In this document: positions 53,301-64,000 of the stretch, piece by piece
Position numbering within the stretch: position 1 is the first letter of the stretch
How the letters are laid out: every line of letters starts with the position of its first letter
Assembly: GCA_964016885.1 (NCBI GenBank)
Contig: OZ024741.1
Span: forward strand, 21,824,001 to 21,888,000
From: Eledone cirrhosa
Lineage: Eukaryota
Direction: 5' to 3'
Length of the DNA: 64,000 nucleotides
Position numbers and translations under genes: made by a program
The notes under the pieces: generated by a model
Database searches by the model: none
What the model saw: only the letters and a program-made list of their open reading frames with translations
Told to the model about the DNA's origin: nothing

Positions 53301-56300
53301 ACCCTCTACCGATACTGCCAATCCACCACCCTTACAAAGCATGGTGTCCGACCCTCTACCGAGACTGCCAATCCACCACCCTTACAAAGCATGGTGTCCG
53401 ACCCTCTACCAATACTACCAATCTGCCACCCTAGCATGGTGTCCGACCGTCTACCGAGACTGCCAATCCACCACCCTAGCATGGTGTCCGACCCTCTACC
53501 GAGACTGCCAATCCACCACCCTAGCATGGTGTCCCACCCTCTGCCAACACTGCCAATCCACCACCCTAGTATGGTGTCCCACCCTCTACCAAGACTGCCA
53601 ATCCACCACCCTAGCATGGTGTCCCACCCTCTACCGAGACTGCCAATCCACCACCCTAGCATGGTGTCCGACCCTCTACCGATACAGCCAATCTACCACC
53701 CTAGCATGGTGTCCGACCCTCTACCGATACAGCCAATCTACCACCCTAGTATGGTGTCCGACCCTCTACCGAGACTGCCAATACACCAACCTTACAAAGC
53801 ATGGTGTCCGACCCTCTACCGATACTGCCAATCCACCACCCTAGTATGGTGTCCGACCCTCTATCGAGACTGTCAATCCACCACCCTTTCAAAGCAGGGT
53901 GTCTGACCCTCTACCGATACTGCCAATCTACCGCCCTTAAAAAGCATGGTGTCTGACCCTTACCGAGACTGCCAATCCAGCACCCTTACAAAGCATGGTG
54001 TCCGACCCTCTACCGATACTGCCAATCCACCGCCCTTACAAAGCATGGTGTCCGACCCTCTAACGATACTGCCAATCCACCACCCTTACAAAGCATGGTG
54101 TCCGACCCTCTAACGATACTGCCAATCCACCGCCCTTACAAAGCATGGTGTCCGACCCTCTACCGAGACTGCCAATCCAGCACCCTAACATGGTGTCCGA
54201 CCCTCTACCGAGACTGCCAATCCACCACCCTAGCATGGTGTCCGACCCTCTACCGATACTGCCAATCCACCACCCTAGAATGGTGTCCGACCCTCTACCT
54301 ACACTGCCAATCCACCGCCCTAGCATGGTGTCCGACCCTCTACCGATACTGCCAATCCACCGCCCTAGCATGGTGTCCGACCCTCTACCGATACTGCCAA
54401 TCCACCACCCTAGCATGGTGTCCCACCCTCTACCGATACTGCCAATCCACTACCCTAGCATGGTGTCCCACCCTCTACCGAGACTGCCAATCCACCACCC
54501 TAGCATGGTGTCCCACCCTCTACCAAGTTTGCCAATCCACCACCCTAGCATGGTGTCCGACCCTCTACCTACCGATACTGCCAATCCACCACCTTAGCAT
54601 GGTGTCCCACCCTCTACCGATACTGCCAATCCACCACCCTAGTATGGTGTCCCACCCTCTACCGATACTGCCAATCCACCACCCTAGCATGGTGTCCCAC
54701 CCTCTACCGATACTGCCAATCCAACACCCTAGGATGGTGTCCGACCCTCTACCGAGACTGCCAATCCACCACCCTAACATGGTGTCCGACCCTCTACTGA
54801 GACTGCCAATCCACAACTCTTACAAAGCATGGTGTCCGACCCTCTACCGATACTGCCAATCCACCACCCTTACAAAGCATGGTATCCGACCCCCTACTGA
54901 GACTGCCAATCCACCACTCTTACAAAGCATGGTGTCCGACCCTCTACCGATACTGCCAATCCACCGCCCTTACAAAGCATAGTGTCCCACCCTCTACCGA
55001 GACTGCCAATCCACCACCCTAGCATGGTGTCCGACCCTCTACCGATATAGCCAATCTACCACCGTAGCATAGTGTACGACCCTCTACCGAGACTGCCAAT
55101 CCACCACCCTAGCATGGTGTTCGACCCTCTACCGAGACTGCCAATCTACCACCCTTGCAAAGCATGGTGTCTGACCCTCTACCGAGACTGCCAATCTACC
55201 GACCTTACAAAGCATAGTGTCCGACCCTCTACCGATACTGCCAATCTACCACCCTTGCAAAGCATGGTGTCTGACCCTCTACCGAGACTGCCAATCTACC
55301 GACCTTACAAAGCATGGTGTCCGACCCTCTACCGTTACATCCAATCCACCACACTAGAGTGGTGTTCGACCCTCTACCGAGACTGCCAATCTACCACCCT
55401 TGCAAAGCATGGTGTACGACCCTCTACCGATACTGCCAATCCACCGCCCTTACAAAGCATAGTGTCCGACCCTCTACCGATACTGCCAATCCACCACCCT
55501 AGTATGGCGTCCCACCCTCTACCAAGAATGCGAATCCACCACCCTAGCATGGTGTCCCACCCTCTACCGTGACTGCCAATCCACCACCCTAGCATGGTGT
55601 ACGACCCTCTACCGATACTGCCAATCCACCACCCTTACAAAGCATGGTGTCCGACCCTCTACCGATACTGCCAATCCCCCACCCTAGCATGGTGTTCGAC
55701 CCTCTACCGAGACTGCCAATCTACCACACATGCAAAGCATGGTGTCTGACCCTCTACCGAGACTGCTAATCTACCGCCCTTACAAAGCATGGTGTCCGAC
55801 CCTCTACCTACCGATACTGCCAATCGACCACCCGTGCAAAGCATGGTGTCTGACCCTCTACCGAGACTGCCAATCTACCGACCTTACGAAGCAGGGTGTC
55901 TGACCCTCTACCGAGACTGCCAATCTACCGCCCTTACAAAGCATGGTGTCCAACCCTCTACCGATACTGCCAATCCACCACCCTTACAAAGCATGTTGTT
56001 CGACCCTCTACCGAGACTGCCAATCCACCACCCTTACAAAGCATGGTGTCCGACCCTCTACCGATACTGCCAATCCACCGCCCTTACAAAGCATGGTGTC
56101 CGACCCTCTAACGATACTGCCAATACAACACCCTAGCATGGTGTCCGACCCTCTACCGACACTGCCAATCCACCACCCGAGCATGGTGTCCGACACTCTA
56201 CCGAGACTGCCAATCCACCACCCTAGCATGGTGTCCCACCCTCTACCGAGACTGCCAATCCAACACCCTAACATGGTGTCCGATCCTCTACCGAGACTGC

Positions 56301-59300
56301 CAATCCAACACCCTAACATGGTGTCCGATCCTCTACCGAGACTGCCAATCCAACACCCTAACATGGTGTCCGAGCCTCTACCGAGACTGCCAATCCACCA
56401 CCCTAGCATAGTGTCCGACCCTCTACCGATACTGCCAATCCACCACCCTAGCATGGTGTCCGACCCTCTACCTACACTGCCAATCCACCGCCCTAGCATG
56501 GTGTCCGACCCTCTACCGATACTGCCAATCCACCACCATAGCATGGTGTCCCACCCTCTACCGAGACTGCCAATCCACCACCCTAGCATGGTGTCCCACC
56601 CTCTACCGATACTGCCAATCCACCACCCTAGCATGGTGTCCGATCCTCTACCTACACTGCCAATCCACCGCCCTAGCATGGTGTCCGACCCTCTAGCGAT
56701 ACTGCCAATCCACCACCCTAGCATGGTGTCCCACCCTCTACCGATACTGCCAATCCACCAGCCTAGCATGGTGTCCCACCCTCTACCGATACTGCCAATC
56801 CACCACCCTAGCATGGTGTCCGACCCTCTACCTACACTGCCAATCCACCACCCTAGCATGGTGTCCGACCCTCTACCGATACAGCCAATCTACCACCCTA
56901 GCATGGTGTACGACCCTCTACCGATACTGCCAATCCACCGCCCTTACAAAGCATGGTGTCCGACCCTCTAACGATACTGCCAATCCACCACCCTTACAAA
57001 GCATGGTGTCCGACCCTCTAACGATACTGCCAATCCACCGCCCTTACAAAGCATGGTGTCCGACCCTCTACCGAGACTGCCAATCCAGCACCCTAACATG
57101 GTGTCCGACCCTCTACCGAGACTGCCAATCCACCACCCTAGCATGGTGTCCGACCCTCTACCGATACTGCCAATCCACCACCCTAGCATGGTGTCCGACC
57201 CTCTACCTACACTGCCAATCCACCGCCCTAGCATGGTGTCCGACCCTCTACCGATACTGCCAATCCACCGCCCTAGCATGGTGTCCGACCCTCTACCGAT
57301 ACTGCCAATCCACCACCCTAGCATGGTGTCCCACCCTCTACCGATACTGCCAATCCACTACCCTAGCATGGTGTCCCACCCTCTACCGAGACTGCCAATC
57401 CACCACCCTAGCATGGTGTCCCACCCTCTACCAAGTTTGCCAATCCACCACCCTAGCATGGTGTCCGACCCTCTACCTACCGATACTGCCAATCCACCAC
57501 CTTAGCATGGTGTCCCACCCTCTACCGATACTGCCAATCCACCACCCTAGTATGGTGTCCCACCCTCTACCGATACTGCCAATCCACCACCCTAGCATGG
57601 TGTCCCACCCTCTACCGATACTGCCAATCCAACACCCTAGGATGGTGTCCGACCCTCTACCGAGACTGCCAATCCACCACCCTAACATGGTGTCCGACCC
57701 TCTACTGAGACTGCCAATCCACAACTCTTACAAAGCATGGTGTCCGACCCTCTACCGATACTGCCAATCCACCACCCTTACAAAGCATGGTATCCGACCC
57801 CCTACTGAGACTGCCAATCCACCACTCTTACAAAGCATGGTGTCCGACCCTCTACCGATACTGCCAATCCACCGCCCTCACAAAGCATAGTGTCCCACCC
57901 TCTACCGAGACTGCCAATCCACCACCCTAGCATGGTGTCCGACCCTCTACCGATATAGCCAATCTACCACCGTAGCATAGTGTACGACCCTCTACCGAGA
58001 CTGCCAATCCACCACCCTAGCATGGTGTTCGACCCTCTACCGAGACTGCCAATCTACCACCCTTGCAAAGCATGGTGTCTGACCCTCTACCGAGACTGCC
58101 AATCTACCGACCTTACAAAGCATAGTGTCCGACCCTCTACCGATACTGCCAATCTACCACCCTTGCAAAGCATGGTGTCTGACCCTCTACCGAGACTGCC
58201 AATCTACCGACCTTACAAAGCATGGTGTCCGACCCTCTACCGTTACATCCAATCCACCACACTAGAGTGGTGTTCGACCCTCTACCGAGACTGCCAATCT
58301 ACCACCCTTGCAAAGCATGGTGTACGACCCTCTACCGATACTGCCAATCCACCGCCCTTACAAAGCATAGTGTCCGACCCTCTACCGATACTGCCAATCC
58401 ACCACCCTAGTATGGCGTCCCACCCTCTACCAAGAATGCGAATCCACCACCCTAGCATGGTGTCCCACCCTCTACCGTGACTGCCAATCCACCACCCTAG
58501 CATGGTGTACGACCCTCTACCGATACTGCCAATCCACCACCCTTACAAAGCATGGTGTCCGACCCTCTACCGATACTGCCAATCCCCCACCCTAGCATGG
58601 TGTTCGACCCTCTACCGAGACTGCCAATCTACCACACTTGCAAAGCATGGTGTCTGACCCTCTACCGAGACTGCTAATCTACCGCCCTTACAAAGCATGG
58701 TGTCCGACCCTCTACCTACCGATACTGCCAATCGACCACCCGTGCAAAGCATGGTGTCTGACCCTCTACCGAGACTGCCAATCTACCGACCTTACGAAGC
58801 AGGGTGTCTGACCCTCTACCGAGACTGCCAATCTACCGCCCTTACAAAGCATGGTGTCCAACCCTCTACCGATACTGCCAATCCACCACCCTTACAAAGC
58901 ATGTTGTTCGACCCTCTACCGAGACTGCCAATCCACCACCCTTACAAAGCATGGTGTCCGACCCTCTACCGATACTGCCAATACAACACCCTAGCATGGT
59001 GTCCGACCCTCTACCGACACTGCCAATCCACCACCCGAGCATGGTGTCCGACACTCTACCGAGACTGCCAATCCACCACCCTAGCATGGTGTCCCACCCT
59101 CTACCGAGACTGCCAATCCAACACCCTAACATGGTGTCCGATCCTCTACCGAGACTGCCAATCCAACACCCTAACATGGTGTCCGATCCTCTACCGAGAC
59201 TGCCAATCCAACACCCTAACATGGTGTCCGAGCCTCTACCGAGACTGCCAATCCACCACCCTAGCATAGTGTCCGACCCTCTACCGATACTGCCAATCCA

Positions 59301-62300
59301 CCACCCTAGCATGGTGTCCGACCCTCTACCTACACTGCCAATCCACCGCCCTAGCATGGTGTCCGACCCTCTACCGATACTGCCAATCCACCACCATAGC
59401 ATGGTGTCCCACCCTCTACCGAGACTGCCAATCCACCACCCTAGCATGGTGTCCCACCCTCTACCGATACTGCCAATCCACCACCCTAGCATGGTGTCCG
59501 ACCCTCTACCTACACTGCCAATCCACCGCCCTAGCATGGTGTCCGACCCTCTAGCGATACTGCCAATCCACCACCCTAGCATGGTGTCCCACCCTCTACC
59601 GATACTGCCAATCCACCACCCTAGCATGGTGTCCCACCCTCTACCGATACTGCCAATCCACCACCCTAGCATGGTGTCCGACCCTCTACCTACACTGCCA
59701 ATCCACCACCCTAGCATGGTGTCCGACCCTCTACCGATACAGCCAATCTACCACCCTAGCATGGTGTACGACCCTCTACCGATACTGCCAATCCACCACC
59801 CTTACAAAGCATGGTGTCTGACCCTCTACCGATACTGTCAATCCACCACCCTTGCAAAGCAGGGTGTCTGACCCTCTACCGATACTGCCAATCCACCACC
59901 CTAGCATGGTGTTCGACCCTCTACCGAGACTGCCAATCTACCACCCTTGCAAAGCATGGTGTCCGACCCTCTACCGAGACTGTCAATCCACCACCCTTGC
60001 AAAGCAGGGTGTCTGACCCTCTACCGATACTGCCAATCCACCACCCTAGCATGGTGTTCGACCCTCTACCGAGACTGCCAATCTACCACCCTTGCAAAGC
60101 ATGGTGTCCGACCCTCTACCGAGACTGTCAATCCACCACCCTTGCAAAGCAGGGTGTCTGACCCTCTACCGATACTGCCAATCCACCACCCTAGCATGGT
60201 GTACGACCCTCTACAGAGACTGCCAATCTACCACCCTTGCAAAGCATGGTGTCCGACCCTCTACCGAGACTGTCAATCCACCACCCTTGCAAAGCAGGGT
60301 GTCTGACCCTCTACCGATACTGCCAATCCACCACCCTAGCATGGTGTCCGACCCTCTACCGATACATCCAATCCACCACCCTAGTATGGTGTCCGACCCT
60401 CTACCTACCGATACTGCCAATCGACCACCCTTACAAAGCAGGGTGTCCGACCCTCTACAGATACTGCGAATCTACCACCCTTACAAAGCATGGTGTCTGA
60501 CCCTCTACCGATACTGCCAATCCACCACCCTTACAAAGCATGGTGTATGACCCTCTACCGAGACTGCCAATCTACCACCCTTACAAAGCATGGTGTCTGA
60601 CCCTCTACCGAGACTGCCAATCCACCACCCTTACAAAGCATGGTGTCTGACCCTCTACCGAGACTGCCAATCTACCACCCTTACAAAGCATGGTGTCCGA
60701 CCCTCTACCGATACTGCCAATCTACCACCCTTACAAAGCATGGTGTCCGACCCTCTACCGATACTGCCAATCTACCACCCTTACAAAGCATGGTGTCCGA
60801 CCCTCTACCGATACTGCCAATCTACCACCCTTACAAAGCATGGTGTCTGACCCTCTACCGATACTGCCAATCTACCACCCTTACAAAGCATGGTGTCCGA
60901 CCCTCTACCGATACTGCCAATCTACCACCCTTACAAAGCATGGTGTCCGACCCTCTACCGATACTGCCAATCTACCACCCTTACAAAGCATGGTGTCCGA
61001 CCCTCTACCGATACTGCCAATCTACCACCCTTACAAAGCATGGTGTCCGACCCTCTACCGATACTGCCAATCTACCACCCTTACAAAGCATGGTGTCCGA
61101 CCCTCTACCGATACTGCCAATCTACCACCCTTACAAAGCATGGTGTCCGACCCTCTACCGATACTGCCAATCTACCACCCTTACAAAGCATGGTGTCCGA
61201 CCCTCTACCGAGACTGCCAATCTACCACCCTTACAAAGCATGGTGTCCGACCCTCTACCGATACTGCCAATCTACCACCCTTACAAAGCATGGTGTCCGA
61301 CCCTCTACCGATACTGCCAATCTACCACCCTTACAAAGCATGGTGTCCGACCCTCTACCGATACTGCCAATCTACCACCCTTACAAAGCATGGTGTCCGA
61401 CCCTCTACCGATACTGCCAATCTACCACCCTTACAAAGCATGGTGTCCGACCCTCTACCGATACTGCCAATCTACCACCCTTACAAAGCATGGTGTCCGA
61501 CCCTCTACCGAGACTGCCAATCTACCACCCTTACAAAGCATGGTGTCCGACCCTCTACCGATACTGCCAATCTACCACCCTTACAAAGCATGGTGTCCGA
61601 CCCTCTACCGATACTGCCAATCTACCACCCTTACAAAGCATGGTGTCCGACCCTCTACCGATACTGCCAATCTACCACCCTTACAAAGCATGGTGTCCGA
61701 CCCTCTACCGATACTGCCAATCTACCACCCTTACAAAGCATGGTGTCCGACCCTCTACCGATACTGCCAATCTACCACCCTTACAAAGCATGGTGTCCGA
61801 CCCTCTACCGATACTGCCAATCTACCACCCTTACAAAGCATGGTGTCCGACCCTCTACCGATACTGCCAATCTACCACCCTTACAAAGCATGGTGTCCGA
61901 CCCTCTACCGATACTGCCAATCTACCACCCTTACAAAGCATGGTGTCCGACCCTCTACCGAGACTGCCTATCCACCACCCTGGCATGGTGTTCGACCCTC
62001 TACCGAGACTGCCAATCTACCGACCTTACAAAGCATGGTGTCCGACCCTCTACCGATACTGCCAATCCACCACCCTTACAAAGCATGGTGTCTGACCCTC
62101 TACCGAGACTGCCAATCTACCACCCTTACAAAGCATGGTGTCCGACCCTCTACCGATACTGCCAATCTACCACCCTTACAAAGCATGGTGTCCGACCCAC
62201 TACCGATACATCCAATCCACCACCCTAGCATGGTGTTCGACCCTCTACCAAGACTGCCAATCCACCACCCTAGCATGGTGTCCCACCCTCTACCAAGACT

Positions 62301-62526
62301 GACAATCCACCACCCTAGCATGGTGTCCGACCCTCTACCGAGACTGCCAATCCACCACCCTAGCATGGTGTCCCACCCTCTACCGAGACTGCCAATCCAC
62401 CACCCTAGCATGGTGTCCGACCCTCTACCTACACTGCCAATCCACCACCCTAGCATGGTGTCCCACCCTCTACCTGTACTATTAATCCACCACCCTAGCA
62501 TGGTGTCCCACCCTCTACCGAGACTG
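29320..62526 (-). repeat. Satellite B, mixed 45-bp/50-bp tandem repeat (~700 monomers) derived from the SINE 5' end
   Basis: + strand unit AGCATGGTGTCCGACCCTCTACCGAKACTGCCAATCCACCACCCT (45 bp) with or without TACAA (50 bp), plus occasional CTAC insertions. Minus strand equals the first ~45-50 nt of the adjoining SINE. Confidence 0.97.
29341..29352 (-). promoter_or_regulatory. Pol III A-box-like element of the SINE
   Basis: TGGCAGTCTCGG (TGGCAGTATCGG in many SatB units), ~12 nt from the SINE 5' end and ~53 nt upstream of the B box. Imperfect match to TRGCNNARYNNG. Confidence 0.6.
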
Positions 62527-62835
62527 TATGTGTGTATATGTGTGTATATGTGTATATGTGTGTATATATGTGTATATATGTGTATATGTGTATATGTGTA
62601 TATGTGTATGTGTGTATAAGTATATAAGTGAGTATATGTGTGTATATATCTACATGTGTATATGGGTATATGTGTGTATATATGTGTATGTGTGTATGTG
62701 TGTATAAGTGTACATGTGTGTATATATGTGTATATATTTGTGTATATGTGTGTATATGTGTGTGTATATGTGTGTATATATGTGTGTATATATGTGTATA
62801 TATGTGAATATGTGTTTATATGTGTATGTGTGTAT
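62527..62835. repeat. Degenerate (TG)/(TA) microsatellite
   Basis: Direct reading: TATGTGTGTATATG... Confidence 0.97.
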
Positions 62836-64000
62836 CACTTCTTCCGGTTGCCTTTCGATATGATGGATGGACTAGGGAATTCTGGAGAGTCTGAAAAATC
62901 TGGACACTCAGTGACAATGCCAAAGATAAAGACAAATTCACCTCTTGCTGCCGGACGAAAAGGCAAGGACTCCTCTTCGTTTCGGCCGCGGATGGCCAAC
63001 ATAACCACAACCCCAGCCCCCTCACCCCTCCCCGCGCCCCACCGTTCCCACCCACCAAACGCAATCCAAAACTTCAGAGTTGGTAACATTAATGTAGGCA
63101 TCTTAAAAGGTCGCTCTAACGAAGTTGTAGAAATGCTTGAACGTAAGGAGGTCGATGTTTGTTGTATCCAAGAGACCAGGTGGAGGGGTGGGTCTGCTAG
63201 ATTCATTGTGGGTAAAAAACGATGCTATAATCTTTTCTGGGTGGGAAATGACAATGGGCTGGGTGTGGTAGGAATCATGTTAGCAGAAAAATGGGTAGAT
63301 AAGATAATAGACGTAAATAGAGTGAACGAGAGAATAATTAAAATAAGACTTGTCCTAAATAGAACTACTGTGACAGTAATATCTGCGTACGCACCCCAAT
63401 CCGGACTGCCTGGCGTTATAAAAGACAGGTCCTATGAGATATTGATGCTCACTACCTCCCAAATAACCGACAGTGACTACATAATTATTGCTGGCGACCT
63501 AAATGGTCACGTTGGACAACATTGTGATGGCTATGACGGAATCCATGGAGGCTATGGGTTTGGTACTAGAAATGAGGAAGGCTCCAGAATCCTGGAATTC
63601 TGTGACGCAAATAACCTAACTGTCTGTAACACTAACTTCAAAAAACGAGACAATCACTTGATCACCTATAGATCAGGGGAACACGCCAGTCAGATAGATT
63701 ATATCCTTACCAGAAGACGTGATATAGTGTCCTCCATGAAGAATGCACCTCCCAACATAGACTCAAACTCAGCGACCTTGTAGTCAGGACAAAACGTACT
63801 CGACAACAGTGGAGGACTATCCTCAGGAGAAAAATATGGAAGCTAAAGGACCCCACAGCCAGTAATAACTTTAAAAGCATATTACTTGATGCTTTTGACA
63901 GTAAGGAAGAGCAATTAGAGTCGTACAATATAGAGGAACAGTGGGAATTCCTGAAAGCTAACCTGCTGAAGGCGGCATATGATGTCTGTGGCTGGAGCAG
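62836..64000 (+). mobile_element. RTE-clade LINE copy 3, 5' part (APE endonuclease), runs off window end
   Basis: APE motifs NINVG, CIQETRW, SAYAPQ, AGDLNGHVG, GYGFGTRN, NTNFKKR, SQIDYIL, EECTSQHRL, followed by linker sequence. Confidence 0.93.
62860..64000 (+). pseudogene. RTE ORF, apurinic-like endonuclease domain, frameshifted at ~63725-63737
   Basis: First frame (ATG 62860) reaches IDYILTRRRDI and stops at 63783. Homology continues in another frame from 63738 (EECTSQHRLKLSDL...RRKIWKLKD...WEFLKANLLKAAYDVCGWS). Confidence 0.85.

Noticed and set aside
31900-59300. Telomere-like CCCTAA hexamers in SatB
   Set aside because: Isolated single-base variants of CCCTAG, never in tandem.
1-62526. 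CRISPR-like array next to reverse transcriptases
   Set aside because: Units are contiguous with no unique spacers, there are no cas genes, and the RTs are eukaryotic RTE-clade LINEs.
29280-62619. Many long ORFs with repeats such as MVSDPLPILPIHHPS, WCPTLYRYCQSTTL and MLGWWIGSLGRGSDT
   Set aside because: Artefact of a stop-poor 45-bp (multiple of 3) and 50-bp (cycles through all frames) satellite. Frames switch arbitrarily, both strands are open, and the unit is SINE-derived.
62638-62859. Cys/Val/Tyr-rich N-terminus of the 381-aa ORF
   Set aside because: Mostly read-through of the TG/TA microsatellite; the plausible start is ATG 62860 or later.

Overview
Eukaryotic heterochromatin-like window with no recognisable host gene. 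The repeat families resemble those I recall from cephalopod (Octopus) genomes; this is an inference. Layout: (1) a 58-bp satellite (SatA, ~380 copies) at 1-19254 and 26121-29003. (2) A 6.9-kb nested insertion inside SatA, made of a 5'-truncated RTE LINE, a (TA)n/ATCC microsatellite, a ~0.9-kb minus-strand non-coding element with a Penelope-type hammerhead core, more (TA)n, and a second 5'-truncated RTE with an 8-bp target-site duplication. (3) A minus-strand tRNA-derived SINE at ~29168-29363. (4) A 33-kb 45/50-bp satellite (SatB, ~700 copies) at 29320-62526. (5) A TG/TA microsatellite and the frameshifted endonuclease half of a third RTE. Main observation: both satellites look like amplified pieces of one SINE Pol III promoter head. 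SatB is the A-box half and is still fused to its progenitor SINE; SatA is the adjacent B-box half on the opposite strand. The RTE 3' UTRs contain repeated hairpin+pseudoknot modules with compensatory changes, and both RTs carry an inserted PHD finger.
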